Shown piece by piece: positions 16,917 through 33,529 of a stretch of 64,000 nt of DNA. How positions within the stretch are numbered: the first letter of the stretch is position 1; every line of letters starts with the position of its first letter. The position numbers were made by a program, and so were the translations under genes. The notes under the pieces were generated by a model. It was not told the origin of the DNA, did not search any database, and saw only the letters and a program-made list of their open reading frames with translations. The DNA comes from Escherichia coli (GTDB lineage: Bacteria > Pseudomonadota > Gammaproteobacteria > Enterobacterales > Enterobacteriaceae), in assembly GCF_030013205.1 (NCBI RefSeq), contig NZ_CP122648.1. One strand, given 5' to 3'.

Positions 16917-18265
16917 ATGAATATCCGGCGAAAAAAATCACCATCAACCTTGCTCCAGCCGATCTGCCAAAAGAAGGGGGACGATATGATTTACCTATCG
17001 CCATTGCGTTGCTGGCGGCCTCAGAACAGCTTACAGCCAATAAATTAGATGAATATGAATTAGTCGGAGAACTGGCGCTTACAGGCGCTCTGCGTGGCGT
17101 TCCCGGCGCAATCTCCAGTGCAACTGAAGCTATTAAGTCGGGCAGAAAAATTATCGTCGCGAAAGATAACGAAGATGAAGTGGGGCTAATTAACGGTGAA
17201 GGATGCCTGATAGCCGATCATCTGCAGGCTGTCTGTGCGTTTCTGGAAGGTAAGCACGCTCTCGAACGCCCGAAACCAACTGATGCAGTATCCCGGGCAC
17301 AACAACATGATCTCAATGATGTTGTCGGTCAGGAGCAAGGAAAGCGAGGACTGGAAATTACCGCCGCTGGCGGGCACAACCTTTTACTGATTGGGCCGCC
17401 GGGAACAGGTAAAACAATGCTCGCCAGCCGTATTAATGGCCTGTTGCCAGATTTAAGCAATGAAGAGGCACTGGAGAGCGCGGCGATATTAAGTCTGGTA
17501 AATGCTGAATCAGTACAAAAACAATGGCGGCAGCGCCCGTTCCGCTCACCGCATCACAGTGCGTCGTTAACTGCGATGGTGGGCGGTGGTGCAATTCCAG
17601 GGCCAGGTGAAATTTCGCTGGCACATAACGGCGTGCTTTTTCTTGATGAGCTACCTGAATTTGAACGGCGTACACTGGATGCCTTGCGAGAGCCGATTGA
17701 ATCCGGGCAGATCCATCTTTCACGCACACGAGCAAAAATAACCTATCCAGCCCGTTTCCAACTTGTTGCGGCGATGAATCCCAGCCCTACCGGACATTAT
17801 CAGGGAAACCATAACCGCTGCACACCAGAACAGACATTACGTTATCTCAACCGGCTCTCGGGGCCCTTTCTCGACCGCTTCGATCTCTCACTGGAGATCC
17901 CATTACCGCCCCCCGGCATTTTGAGTAAAACGGTAGTGCCGGGAGAAAACAGCACCACCGTTAAACAACGCGTAATGGCCGCCAGAGAGCGCCAATTTAA
18001 GCGGCAGAATAAACTGAATGCCTGGCTGGATAGTCCGGAAATACGCCAATTCTGCAAGCTTGAGAGCGAAGATGCGCAGTGGCTGGAAGAAACGCTGATC
18101 CATCTGGGGTTATCGATTCGTGCCTGGCAGCGGTTACTGAAAGTAGCACGAACCATTGCTGATATTGATCAGTCCGACATTATCACACGTCAGCATTTGC
18201 AGGAGGCAGTTAGCTATCGTGCCATTGACCGTTTGCTCATCCATCTGCAAAAACTACTGACATAA
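16913..18265 (+). pseudogene. comM: comM (yifB) 3' portion, Mg-chelatase-like AAA+ ATPase, separated from its 5' end by the island
   Basis: In-frame continuation G(Y)EYPAKKITINLAPADLPKEGG...; Walker A LLIGPPGTGKTM; ends ...LIHLQKLLT. Confidence 0.85.
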
Positions 18266-18288
18266 AAAAGGGCATTTCGCCCTTTTTA
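18265..18288. terminator. Bidirectional intrinsic terminator between comM and maoP
   Basis: aaaaagggcatttcgccctttttatt hairpin with A/T runs on both sides. Confidence 0.6.
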
Positions 18289-18322
18289 TTAATCGTCAGA
18301 ATCGGTGTAGTCTTCAGCACCT

Positions 18323-18628
18323 TCAACCTGCGGTTTTACCGCCGGAAAGGGTGTGAAAACGTTTTGGACGCTTGATACGCGTCATATACTTGGACCACAC
18401 GCGTTCTGCTTCTGTCACTGGCTCACGTTCGCCACGGCATACTGCTACGAAGAGTTTCTCTTCCTCGGTAACCGGCTCGCGTTTGCCAAGATCCAACTCA
18501 TTGAAGGCATAACCATGACGCTCAAGCAGTTGTGCCTCTTTGATGGTGAAATCACCATGACGAGAGAATCCACGTGGATAATGTTTATTGTCGAAATATC
18601 GATTAGTCGTCGTAAAGCTTTCCGCCAT
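18323..18628 (-). CDS. maoP: MaoP (YifE), with an apparent C-terminal frameshift
   Basis: [21 protein letters not shown]...HTLSGGK then TAG-stop; the +1 frame encodes an acidic tail [14 protein letters not shown] ending at 18289. Confidence 0.8.
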   Translation of the reverse strand: MAESFTTTNRYFDNKHYPRGFSRHGDFTIKEAQLLERHGYAFNELDLGKREPVTEEEKLFVAVCRGEREPVTEAERVWSKYMTRIKRPKRFHTLSGGKTAG

Positions 18629-18746
18629 CCTGCACGCTCCTAATTCTTTGACCGAGCTAGTTATGGCGCGGAGTATTAGTTACGCTTGACAGAGTGTAAA
18701 ACAAAACATTTAAATCATAACGACAAATAATTTTGCGGAGAGCACT

Positions 18747-19586
18747 GTGGATACGGAATTGTTAAAAACTTTCCTGGAAGTTAGCCGAACGCGTCACTTT
18801 GGTCGAGCAGCTGAATCGCTCTATCTGACCCAATCAGCCGTGAGCTTTCGAATCAGACAACTGGAAAATCAACTGGGTGTGAATCTTTTCACCCGCCACA
18901 GAAACAATATCCGTTTAACCGCTGCCGGTGAAAAACTACTGCCTTATGCAGAAACGCTCATGAGCACCTGGCAGGCCGCCCGTAAGGAGGTGGCGCATAC
19001 CTCACGACATAACGAGTTTTCTATCGGTGCCAGCGCCTCATTGTGGGAATGTATGCTTAATCAGTGGCTGGGACGTTTGTATAAAAATCAGGATGCCCAT
19101 ACAGGCTTACAGTTCGAAGCGCGAATTGCCCAACGGCAGTCTCTGGTAAAACAGCTGCATGAACGCCAGCTTGATCTTCTTATTACTACTGAAGCGCCCA
19201 AAATGGACGAATTTAGCAGTCAGTTGCTCGGGTATTTCACTTTAGCGCTTTATACCAGTGCCCCTTCCAAACTAAAGGGAGATCTTAACTATCTGCGACT
19301 GGAATGGGGGCCAGATTTTCAACAGCATGAGGCAGGTTTGATCGGTGCTGACGAAGTTCCCATTCTGACAACCAGTTCTGCTGAACTGGCACAGCAACAG
19401 ATTGCGACGCTTAATGGTTGCACCTGGCTACCCGTCAGTTGGGCGCGTAAAAAGGGCGGCCTGCATACCGTTGTCGATAGCACAACACTTTCACGGCCGC
19501 TTTATGCCATATGGCTGCAAAATAGCGATAAAAATGCGTTGATTCGCGATCTATTGAAAATTAACGTGCTGGATGAAGTGTATTAA
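18747..19586 (+). CDS. hdfR: LysR-family transcriptional regulator HdfR
   Basis: GTG start; [40 protein letters not shown] LysR HTH; 279 aa. Confidence 0.9.
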   Translation: MDTELLKTFLEVSRTRHFGRAAESLYLTQSAVSFRIRQLENQLGVNLFTRHRNNIRLTAAGEKLLPYAETLMSTWQAARKEVAHTSRHNEFSIGASASLWECMLNQWLGRLYKNQDAHTGLQFEARIAQRQSLVKQLHERQLDLLITTEAPKMDEFSSQLLGYFTLALYTSAPSKLKGDLNYLRLEWGPDFQQHEAGLIGADEVPILTTSSAELAQQQIATLNGCTWLPVSWARKKGGLHTVVDSTTLSRPLYAIWLQNSDKNALIRDLLKINVLDEVY

Positions 19587-19646
19587 TCTGAATGGCTGGC
19601 AAGGATGCCGGTAGAAGGATTTACTTCTGAGAGGTTATTTCAGATA

Positions 19647-19672
19647 AAAAAAATCCTTAGCTTTCGCTAAGG
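19647..19672 (-). terminator. rrnC operon terminator
   Basis: atccttagctttcgctaaggat hairpin preceded by an A-run on the plus strand (U-run on minus). Confidence 0.6.
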
Positions 19673-19680
19673 ATGATTTC

Positions 19681-19756
19681 TGGCAGGGGCGGAGAGACTC
19701 GAACTCCCAACACCCGGTTTTGGAGACCGGTGCTCTACCAATTGAACTACGCCCCT
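19681..19756 (-). tRNA. trpT: tRNA-Trp
   Basis: Reverse complement reads AGGGGCGTAGTTCAATTGGTAGAGCACCGGTCTCCAAAACCGG...GCCCCTGCCA. Confidence 0.92.
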
Positions 19757-19764
19757 AATTAGGG

Positions 19765-19841
19765 TGGCGGAACGGACGGGACTCGAACCCGCGACCCCCT
19801 GCGTGACAGGCAGGTATTCTAACCGACTGAACTACCGCTCC
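19765..19841 (-). tRNA. aspT: tRNA-Asp
   Basis: Reverse complement reads GGAGCGGTAGTTCAGTCGGTTAGAATACCTGCCTGTCACGCAGG...CCGCCA. Confidence 0.92.
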
Positions 19842-19893
19842 ACCGAATTCTTTTACAACCACCGGTTTTATGACCGGCTTACTGCTTAATTTG

Positions 19894-20013
19894 ATGCCTG
19901 GCAGTTCCCTACTCTCGCATGGGGAGACCCCACACTACCATCGGCGCTACGGCGTTTCACTTCTGAGTTCGGCATGGGGTCAGGTGGGACCACCGCGCTA
20001 AGGCCGCCAGGCA
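19894..20013 (-). rRNA. rrfC: 5S ribosomal RNA
   Basis: 120 nt; reverse complement begins TGCCTGGCGGCC and ends AACTGCCAGGCAT. Confidence 0.92.
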
Positions 20014-20105
20014 AATTCTGTTTCATCAGACCGCTTCTGCGTTCTGATTTAATCTGTATCAGGCTGAAAATCTTCTCTCATCCGCCAAAACATCTTCGGC
20101 GTTGT

Positions 20106-23010
<2,905 letters not shown>

Positions 23011-23203
23011 TCACAACCCGAAGATGTTTCTTTCGATTCATCATCGTGTTGCGAAAATTTGAGAGACTCACGAACAACTTTCGTTGTTCAGTGTTTCAAT
23101 TTTCAGCTTGATCCAGATTTTTAAAGAGCAAATATCTCAAACATCACCCGAAGATGAGTTTTGAGATATCAAGGCAGGTGACTTTCACTCACAAACCAGC
23201 AAG

Positions 23204-23279
23204 TGGCGTCCCCTAGGGGATTCGAACCCCTGTTACCGCCGTGAAAGGGCGGTGTCCTGGGCCTCTAGACGAAGGGGAC
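23204..23279 (-). tRNA. gltU: tRNA-Glu (16S-23S spacer)
   Basis: Reverse complement reads GTCCCCTTCGTCTAGAGGCCCAGGACACCGCCCTTTCACGGCGG...GGGACGCCA. Confidence 0.92.
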
Positions 23280-23364
23280 GTGTCAGTCTGCTTCGCAAGA
23301 CGCCTTGCTTTTCACTTTCTATCAGACAATCTGTGTGAGCACTTCAAAGAACGCTTCTTTAAGG

Positions 23365-24906
<1,542 letters not shown>

Positions 24907-25085
24907 AAAAGTTTGATGCTCAAAGAATTAAACTTCGTAATGAATTACGTGTTCACTCTTGAGACTTGGTATTCATTTTTCGTCTTGCGACGTTAAGAAT
25001 CCGTATCTTCGAGTGCCCACACAGATTGTCTGATAAATTGTTAAAGAGCAGTGCCGCTTCGTTTTTTCTCAGCGGCGCGGGGTGT

Positions 25086-25236
25086 GCATAATACGCTTTC
25101 CCGCTACAGAGTCAAGCATTTATTTTTGCTTTCTCTGCCGAAGTTCTCAGGAGAACCCCTCTGACCCGGCGGCGTGTTTGCCGTTGTTCCGTGTCAGTGG
25201 TGGCGCATTATAGGGAGTTATTCCGGCCTGACAAGA
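25086..25236 (-). promoter_or_regulatory. rrnC tandem promoters P2 (~25086-25116) and P1 (~25195-25236)
   Basis: Minus strand has TTGACT..17 bp..TATTAT (P2) and TTGTCAGGCCGGAATAACTCCCTATAAT (P1); AT-rich UP region upstream. Confidence 0.65.
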
Positions 25237-25386
25237 GGAAATTTAAAATAATTTTCTGACCGCGCATTTTTTCAGCAAAAGCCCCGTTAATGTGCCATAA
25301 AACAAGCAATTTGCCGTTTTTGCAACCGTAATCACACTTCCTGGTGGCATACTAAGGAGGAATAAAAAGAAAAAGGAAGATTAGTA

Positions 25387-26079
25387 ATGCCTTTAAGCGC
25401 ACAACAGTTAGCTGCACAGAAAAACCTTTCGTATGTTCTGGCTGAGAAGCTGGCGCAACGCATCTTAAAAGGTGAATATGAACCCGGCACCATTTTGCCT
25501 GGTGAGATTGAGCTGGGCGAGCAATTTGGAGTGAGTCGTACAGCGGTACGCGAAGCGGTCAAAACGTTAACGGCAAAAGGGATGGTTTTACCGCGACCGC
25601 GAATTGGTACCCGGGTCATGCCACAATCAAACTGGAATTTTCTTGATCAGGAATTGCTTACCTGGTGGATGACAGAAGAGAACTTTCATCAGGTCATCGA
25701 TCACTTTCTGGTTATGCGTATCTGTCTGGAGCCGCAAGCTTGCCTACTGGCTGCAACGGTTGGCACCGCGGAACAGAAGGCGCATCTCAATACGTTAATG
25801 GCCGAAATGGTGGCATTAAAAGAGAACTTTCGCCGTGAACGCTGGATTGAGGTCGATATGGCTTGGCATGAGCATATCTATGAAATGAGCGCCAATCCGT
25901 TTTTGACCTCATTCGCCTCGCTATTCCATTCGGTTTATCACACTTACTTCACGTCAATTACCAGCGACACAGTGATAAAGCTGGATCTGCACCAGGCGAT
26001 TGTTGACGCGATTATCCAAAGCGATGGCGACGCGGCATTTAAAGCTTGTCAGGCGCTGCTACGCTCACCTGATAAGTGA
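25387..26079 (+). CDS. yieP: GntR/FadR-family transcriptional regulator YieP
   Basis: 230-aa ORF with N-terminal winged-HTH LPGEIELGEQFGVSRTAVREAVKTL. Confidence 0.9.
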   Translation: MPLSAQQLAAQKNLSYVLAEKLAQRILKGEYEPGTILPGEIELGEQFGVSRTAVREAVKTLTAKGMVLPRPRIGTRVMPQSNWNFLDQELLTWWMTEENFHQVIDHFLVMRICLEPQACLLAATVGTAEQKAHLNTLMAEMVALKENFRRERWIEVDMAWHEHIYEMSANPFLTSFASLFHSVYHTYFTSITSDTVIKLDLHQAIVDAIIQSDGDAAFKACQALLRSPDK

Positions 26080-26101
26080 CACCCCGATAACAGGACATTG
26101 A

Positions 26102-27529
26102 ATGAGCGATAAAAAGAAGCGCAGTATGGCGGGTTTGCCGTGGATCGCGGCGATGGCCTTCTTCATGCAGGCACTTGATGCCACTATTCTGAATACCGCC
26201 TTACCCGCAATCGCTCATAGCCTTAATCGTTCTCCTCTCGCGATGCAATCAGCCATCATCAGTTATACGCTGACGGTGGCGATGCTTATTCCGGTAAGCG
26301 GATGGCTAGCCGATCGCTTCGGTACGCGTCGCATATTTACCCTTGCCGTGAGTCTGTTCACGTTGGGTTCTCTGGCCTGCGCACTTTCTAACTCGCTACC
26401 ACAGCTGGTTGTCTTCCGGGTTATTCAGGGGATAGGCGGCGCAATGATGATGCCTGTTGCTCGGCTGGCCTTACTGCGCGCTTATCCTCGTAATGAGCTT
26501 CTTCCTGTATTGAATTTTGTCGCCATGCCGGGTCTGGTGGGGCCAATTTTAGGCCCCGTTCTTGGCGGCGTGCTGGTCACCTGGGCAACCTGGCACTGGA
26601 TATTTTTAATCAATATCCCCATAGGTATTGCGGGCCTTCTTTACGCGCGCAAACATATGCCCAATTTCACCACCGCACGACGCAGATTCGATATCACTGG
26701 CTTTTTGCTGTTTGGCCTTAGCCTTGTTCTCTTCTCAAGCGGAATAGAGCTATTCGGGGAAAAGATTGTCGCCAGTTGGATTGCCTTGACGGTAATTGTC
26801 ACCAGCATCGGGTTACTGCTTCTCTATATTCTCCATGCACGACGCACGCCAAACCCATTAATTTCATTAGATTTATTTAAAACCCGCACTTTCTCGATCG
26901 GTATCGTAGGCAATATTGCAACCCGTCTGGGGACCGGCTGTGTACCGTTCCTTATGCCATTGATGTTACAGGTAGGATTTGGTTATCAGGCGTTTATTGC
27001 CGGCTGTATGATGGCACCGACAGCGTTAGGTTCCATTATTGCAAAATCGATGGTTACCCAAGTCTTACGTCGTCTGGGCTATCGCCATACGTTAGTGGGG
27101 ATCACGGTGATTATTGGGCTAATGATCGCTCAGTTCTCTTTGCAATCACCAGCAATGGCGATATGGATGCTGATCTTGCCGTTGTTTATATTAGGGATGG
27201 CTATGTCGACGCAATTTACCGCAATGAATACCATCACACTTGCCGATCTGACCGATGACAACGCCAGCAGCGGTAACAGTGTTCTGGCGGTCACGCAGCA
27301 ACTGTCTATCAGTTTAGGCGTTGCTGTAAGTGCGGCCGTCCTTCGCGTTTATGAAGGGATGGAAGGCACAACGACAGTCGAACAATTCCACTATACGTTT
27401 ATCACGATGGGCATTATTACTGTTGCTTCAGCAGCAATGTTCATGCTTCTGAAAACAACCGATGGTAATAATTTGATCAAAAGACAGCGTAAATCTAAGC
27501 CGAACCGCGTTCCATCAGAATCGGAGTAA
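26102..27529 (+). CDS. hsrA: MFS transporter HsrA (YieO)
   Basis: 475-aa ORF with multiple hydrophobic TM segments; synteny yieP-hsrA-rbsR. Confidence 0.9.
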
Positions 27530-28487
27530 GTTGTAATCGTTGTTGCTGAAGGGTCGGCTGGGTTATCCGATGGATGAGTACATCAATCGCCAGCTCCCCC
27601 AGTTCATCTTTCGGTTGGTGGATAGTGGTTAATGGTGGCGTCATAAAGCTTGCCAGTTCGATATCGTCATAGCCAATCACCGCGATATCCTGCGGAACCT
27701 GTAACTCTGCCTGATACAGCGCCTGGTAAACGCCAACAGCCATAGCGTCATTTCCGGTAAAGACGGCCTGAGGACGCAGCGGATGTGATAACAGTTGGCG
27801 CATGGCGTCAAACCCGCCGTTAAATTCAAAATCACCAGTGACTTCATAGCCATCAGGAATGTTGAGGCCCGCACGTTTCATCGCCGCCCGATAACCTTCC
27901 AACCGCAGGCGCGCCGGAGTTTTATCCAGCGGACCGGTAATACAGGCGATACGGGTATGACCTTTATCGATCAGATATTGCGTTGCTAAGTCTCCGCCCA
28001 GCAACGAGTTATCCTGAATAAGATCGCTGTCGCCATCGAACGGAGCCCAGTCCATCATCACAGTAGGCACTGTCGGATAACGTTGCATGATTTCACGCGA
28101 AGGTTGATGCGTTTCGGTGCACAGTAACAGCAAGCCATCAACGCGTTTTTGCATCAGCGTTTCCAGATTGCGATTCATCCGCTGTTCATCGCCTTCGGTA
28201 TTGCAAAGGACGAGACTATAACCGCGTTCGAAGCAGCTGCGTTCAACGCCACGCACTAGTTCTGAATAGAAAGGATTGGTACTGGCAGTGATCAACATGC
28301 CAATGGTATGTGTTTGATTGAGCTTGAGGCTACGCGCCAGAGCTGATGGCGCGTAATTGAGTTCTTTAATCGCCGCTTCAACTTTGGCGGTAATCGCTTC
28401 ACTGACGAAGCGATCTTTATTGATAACGTGAGAAACTGTTGAGGTAGAAACGCCCGCCAGGCGGGCAACATCTTTCATTGTAGCCAA
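27495..28487 (-). CDS. rbsR: Ribose operon repressor (LacI family)
   Basis: [23 protein letters not shown] LacI-type HTH; 330 aa; 3' end overlaps hsrA 3' end by 35 bp. Confidence 0.9.
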
Positions 28488-28490
28488 GCG

Positions 28491-29420
28491 TCACCTCTGC
28501 CTGTCTAAAAATGCGTCGATCTCTTCACGCCACGGTACGGAAGGTTGTGCGCCTTTACGTGTTACGGCAATCGCAGCGGCGGCATGGGCAAAACGAATCG
28601 CCTCTGGCAATGGTTTTTCTTCCAGCAACGCCGTGATTAACGCGCCGTTAAAGGTATCTCCGGCAGCAATGGTATCGACAGCCTGCACCCGGAATCCAGG
28701 AACGCGCTGACCTTCACCATTCACGCTAGCCCATACACCACGACTTCCTAAAGTAATCAGTACAGTACGGATACCTTTTTCATGCAGTACCTGCGCCGCC
28801 TTCGCTGCATCTTCATCATTTTCAACACGAATACCGGTGAGCTTTTCTGCTTCCGTTTCGTTTGGCGTAATAATGTCCACCAGCGCCAGCAGTTCGTCAG
28901 GAAGTTCGCGAGCCGGAGCCGGGTTAAGCGCAACGATAGTCTTATTTTGATGGGCGATTTTCGCCGCTGCGATCACACTTTCGAGTGGTGATTCCAGCTG
29001 CATTAATAATGCTGACGCGTTGGCAATACGCTCACGTTGCGCTTCCACCAGCGCAGGGGAAAGGGCAGCATTAGCGCCGGCATGAATACCAATGACATTC
29101 TCACCTTCGCCATTAACAAAAATCAGCGCCACACCTGTTGATTCGCCTTTGATCACGCTGACCGGAGAAATATCAATGTTATCAGTGGCGAGCTGCTGGC
29201 GAACGCTCTCACCAATACTGTCATCACCCGTACAGGCAATAAACGCGATATTCGCACCGCTACGCCCAGCAGCCACAGCCTGATTAGCGCCTTTGCCGCC
29301 AAATGCAACCTGATAGTGGTTACCGGTTACGGTTTCGCCTGGAGTAGGAAAAGATTGAAGATTAAGAATGTGGTCAGCATTAATGCTGCCAAGAACAACG
29401 AGGCTGCCTGCGTTTTGCAT
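28491..29420 (-). CDS. rbsK: Ribokinase
   Basis: ORF 28491..29447; preferred start at MQNAGSLVVLGSINADH giving 309 aa. Confidence 0.9.
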   Translation of the reverse strand: MQNAGSLVVLGSINADHILNLQSFPTPGETVTGNHYQVAFGGKGANQAVAAGRSGANIAFIACTGDDSIGESVRQQLATDNIDISPVSVIKGESTGVALIFVNGEGENVIGIHAGANAALSPALVEAQRERIANASALLMQLESPLESVIAAAKIAHQNKTIVALNPAPARELPDELLALVDIITPNETEAEKLTGIRVENDEDAAKAAQVLHEKGIRTVLITLGSRGVWASVNGEGQRVPGFRVQAVDTIAAGDTFNGALITALLEEKPLPEAIRFAHAAAAIAVTRKGAQPSVPWREEIDAFLDRQR

Positions 29421-29545
29421 ATTCGGGATGTCCATAAAATGCGCCACCGTGTTAGGGTGGCGCGTGCCCTGCTTTTCTTTATATTACACGTTCATCTGTC
29501 GATGCCGTATTTATGTCACCATCAGGTCATACAACCTGATTAAAA

Positions 29546-30436
29546 CTACTGCTTAACAACCAGTTTCAGATCAACCGGATACTTAGCCTGAACTTTCTCG
29601 CCTTTCAGTACTTTATCTGCGGTTTCGACGCCTTTCGCGCCAATCTGATCGGGTAGCTGAGCGATAGTCGCTGCTAGTTTGCCATCATTCACCGCTTTTT
29701 CGCCATCCGGTGTACCATCAAATCCGACGACCATCACATCCGATTTACCGGCAGTTTGCAGTGCGCGCAGCGCGCCCAGCGCCATTTCATCATTCTGCGC
29801 GAATACAGCCTGAACATCCGGATGTGCGGTCAACAGGTTCTGCATTACGTTCAAACCTTTAGTGCGATCAAAATCTGCTGGCTGGCTGGCAAGAACATTA
29901 AACTTGTGAGCAGCAACAGCCTGCTGGAAGCCTTCGCCACGTTCACGGGCTGCGGATGTACCGGCAATGCCTTGCAGCTCGATAACTTTGGCACCTTCAC
30001 CCGCTTTCTTCGCGATGTAATCACCGGCGATTTTGCCGCCCAGTACGTTATCAGAAGCAATGTGGCTCACCACTTCACCTTTCGTTGCCTGGCGGTCAAG
30101 AGTGATAACCGGGATGTTCGCCTGGTTAGCCATCTTCACAGCATTACCCACTGCGTCGGAGTCGGTCGGGTTAATCAGCAGAATTTTGGTGCCGCGAACG
30201 GTTAAGTCCTGCACGTTCGCCAGCTCTTTCGCCGGGTTGTTCTGGGAGTCCAGCACCACCAGGTTATAGCCAAGTTTATCCGCCTCTTTCTGCGCGCCAT
30301 CTTTCAGCGATACAAAGAACGGGTTGTTAAGCGTGGAGACCACCAGCGCGATGGTGTCTTTTGCCATCGCATTCGCACTGACGGTGGCGCTTAGCGCAAC
30401 AGCGGAAACCAGGGTAGCCAGTTTTTTCATGTTCAT
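29546..30436 (-). CDS. rbsB: Ribose ABC transporter periplasmic binding protein
   Basis: [25 protein letters not shown] signal peptide; 296 aa. Confidence 0.9.
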   Translation of the reverse strand: MNMKKLATLVSAVALSATVSANAMAKDTIALVVSTLNNPFFVSLKDGAQKEADKLGYNLVVLDSQNNPAKELANVQDLTVRGTKILLINPTDSDAVGNAVKMANQANIPVITLDRQATKGEVVSHIASDNVLGGKIAGDYIAKKAGEGAKVIELQGIAGTSAARERGEGFQQAVAAHKFNVLASQPADFDRTKGLNVMQNLLTAHPDVQAVFAQNDEMALGALRALQTAGKSDVMVVGFDGTPDGEKAVNDGKLAATIAQLPDQIGAKGVETADKVLKGEKVQAKYPVDLKLVVKQ

Positions 30437-30460
30437 ATTCAAGATGTCCTGTAGTCGTTA

Positions 30461-31426
30461 TTACTGCTTTTTGTTGTCTACCAGCACCGCCAGCAAAATC
30501 ACCACCGCTTTGACGATCATCTGGTAATAGGAGGAAACACCTAACAAATTCAATCCATTATTAAGGAAGCCAAGAATTAATGCGCCGATCAACGTCCCAA
30601 CAATGCGACCTTTTCCGCCCGCCAGACTCGTACCGCCCAGAACCACCGCAGCAATAGCATCCAGCTCATAGCCAGTCCCCGCCGTGGGTTGTGCGGAGGA
30701 GAGACGCGCCACTTCAATGATCCCGGCCAGCGATGCCAGCAGACCACAAAGAGAATAGACGATGATTTTGATTTTATTGACGTTGATACCAGAAAGACGC
30801 GTTGCCGCTTCGTTGCCGCCCAGCGCGTAGATGTAACGCCCCAAACGCGTGTGATGCAGCATGTACCAGGCCGCGAGGAACACAATCCCCATGATCCAGA
30901 CTGGCGTCGGTACGCCCAGCGGACGACCGATCCCAAACCAGCCAAACAGATCGGCGTTCTCAGTAAAGCCGGTATTCACTGGGCTACCGTTGGTATAAAC
31001 CATGGTCACGCCGCGCAGTAAAAGCATCATAACCAGCGTAGCGATAAACGCCTGGACGCGACCTTTCGCTACAATCACCCCGGTTACCGCACCAATTGCG
31101 GCACCTAACGCGAGAGCGGCAGCGACAGCCACCAGCGCATTGACTTCAATGCCGACGATAGATGCAGCAACTGCGCCGGTCAGCGCCAATAGAGAACCTA
31201 CCGACAAGTCGATGCCCGACGTCAGGATCACCAGCGTCATCCCGACTGCCATAATGGCGTTCACCGAGGTTTGCTGGAGAATATTGAATAAGTTATTGAT
31301 GGTGAAAAAGTTCGGGCTTAACGTCGAGACAATCGCGATCAGCACCAGCAGAGCGATAAGCGATTTCTGCTCCATCAGCCACGCTTTCGTGAAATAACGG
31401 CGACCAGAGACAGTCTGGGTTGTCAT
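30461..31426 (-). CDS. rbsC: Ribose ABC transporter permease
   Basis: 321-aa polytopic membrane protein; operon position. Confidence 0.9.
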   Translation of the reverse strand: MTTQTVSGRRYFTKAWLMEQKSLIALLVLIAIVSTLSPNFFTINNLFNILQQTSVNAIMAVGMTLVILTSGIDLSVGSLLALTGAVAASIVGIEVNALVAVAAALALGAAIGAVTGVIVAKGRVQAFIATLVMMLLLRGVTMVYTNGSPVNTGFTENADLFGWFGIGRPLGVPTPVWIMGIVFLAAWYMLHHTRLGRYIYALGGNEAATRLSGINVNKIKIIVYSLCGLLASLAGIIEVARLSSAQPTAGTGYELDAIAAVVLGGTSLAGGKGRIVGTLIGALILGFLNNGLNLLGVSSYYQMIVKAVVILLAVLVDNKKQ

Positions 31427-31430
31427 TTTT

Positions 31431-32936
31431 TTACTCCTGATTCACGCGATTAAGCTTGCCCACAGCGGCAGCCATTAACACTTCCTGGGTGGCCTGCTCA
31501 CGAGTAAATTCCCCGCTGAGATGCCCTTCATGCATGACGATGATGCGATCGCTCATGCCTAATACTTCTGGCATCTCCGATGACACCAGAATGATGCTCA
31601 AGCCATCGGCTTTGAACTGGTTAATCAGTTGATAGATCTCTTTTTTCGCGCCGACATCTACGCCACGGGTAGGCTCATCGAGGATCAACACTTTGGGGCG
31701 TGTCATCAGACCACGGGCAATCGCCACTTTTTGCTGATTGCCACCGGAAAGCAGACCAATTGCCTGTTCCATCGACGGCGTTTTCACATTAAACAGACGA
31801 ATGAAATCACTTACTGCCTGCTGTTCATCGGCATGCTTCAAACTGCCGCCAGCGCGGCTGAAGTAGCGCAGCGCGGTCAGCGACATATTCTCTTTTACTG
31901 ACATGCCCAGCACTAAACCGTCACGTTTACGGTCTTCGGAGATATACACAATGCCGTTTGCCAGGCCATCCTGCGGTGAACGGGTAACAACTTCATGCCC
32001 ATCCAGGGTGACGTAACCGCTGGTGCGCGGCAGTGCGCCGTAGAGCACTTTCATCAGTTCGGTACGACCTGCGCCCATCAAACCAGAGACGCCAAGAATT
32101 TCGCCTTTGCGTAAAGTAAAAGAGACATCGTTAACGCCAGGTCCGCAGAGATTATCGACTTTCAGGCGAATATCTCCTGGCGCTTTGTCCAGGTGCGGAT
32201 ATTGATCTTCCAGCTTGCGGCCCACCATCATCTCAATCAGCGAATCTTCGGTCAGTGATGCTACTTCACGCTCAGCAATAAATTGCCCATCACGAAAAAC
32301 GGTAACGTCATCGCAAATCTCGAAGATTTCTTTCATGCGGTGGGAAATATAGACAATACCGCGGCCTTGCGATTTCAGCTCGCGGATGACGCGGAACAAG
32401 GATTCGGTTTCGGTATCGGTCAGCGCATCGGTCGGTTCATCCATAATGATGACTTTCGACTCAAAGCTCAGCACTTTGGCTATTTCAACCATTTGCTGGT
32501 CACCGATGGAAAGATCGCCCACTAACTTGTCGCTTTTAAAGCGCAGGTTAAGTTTAGCCAGCAATTTATCCGCTTCGGCATACATGGTTTTCCAGTCAAT
32601 TTTGCCAAAGCGATTAACAAACTCACGACCGAGGAAAATGTTTTCGGCAATGGTCAACTGCGGGATCAGGTTCAGTTCCTGATGGATAATCCCAATCCCG
32701 GCTTCCTGGGAAGATTTCGGCCCGGTAAACGTCGTTTCTTTCCCCAGCCATAAAAGCGTACCGGCATCGCGAGTATAGATACCCGTAAGCACTTTCATCA
32801 TGGTGGATTTACCCGCACCGTTTTCGCCCACCAGCGCCATCACGCGGCCAGGATAGACATTTAACGCTGCACCCGAGAGGGCTTTTACGCCCGGGAAGGC
32901 TTTATCGATGCCTTTAAGCTGAAGTAATGCTTCCAT
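31431..32936 (-). CDS. rbsA: Ribose ABC transporter ATP-binding protein (tandem ABC domains)
   Basis: Two Walker A motifs ([18 protein letters not shown]); 501 aa. Confidence 0.9.
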
Positions 32937-32943
32937 GACGGCC

Positions 32944-33363
32944 TCAGAACGTCACGCCAGCACAGAGAATGATATTCGCATACGGAGAACATTCTCCGCT
33001 GCGAATTACCGCCTGACTTTCTGCGGTTTGTTGTTTGAATTGTTCATGCGTGGTGTAACGAATTTCAATGGTATTTCCCTGGTGTTTTTGCAGCTGCTCA
33101 AGGTGAGTGAGCAACGTTTCGTGGAGTTGCGGATTATGTTGTTTGATCTCTTCCGCGATAATGGCTGCCTCGACCTGCATTTCATTTGTGACGACGCCCA
33201 GCACCTGCATAAAAGAAGGTACACCCTGGGTTAATGCCATATCGATACGCGTTGTACTTTTGGGGATGGGTAAACCTGCATCACACACCACCAGCGTATC
33301 GGTATGTCCCAGTCGGGAGATCACCGATGAAATATCAGAATTAAGAACGGTGCCTTTTTTCAT
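32944..33363 (-). CDS. rbsD: D-ribose pyranase
   Basis: ORF 32944..33375; preferred start [14 protein letters not shown] giving 139 aa. Confidence 0.9.
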
Positions 33364-33529
33364 TTTTTTCTCCATCAGCGAAACGTTTCGCTGACCCGCA
33401 GTTTAATCCTGACTGAGTTGGGAAAACCATCGTGAAGTTACGGAAATGTGATCAACCTCGAAACGTTTTACATGGTGATTAACCATGAAAACAAAAACGC
33501 CCCCTTATGGAGAAAGGAGGCGTCTGGCG

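Noticed and set aside
28782-32682. Plus-strand ORFs inside the rbs operon (for example 28782..28991, 29756..30205, 31002..31397, 32386..32682)
   Set aside because: Antisense to the well-supported rbsK, rbsB, rbsC and rbsA genes; no independent coding signal.
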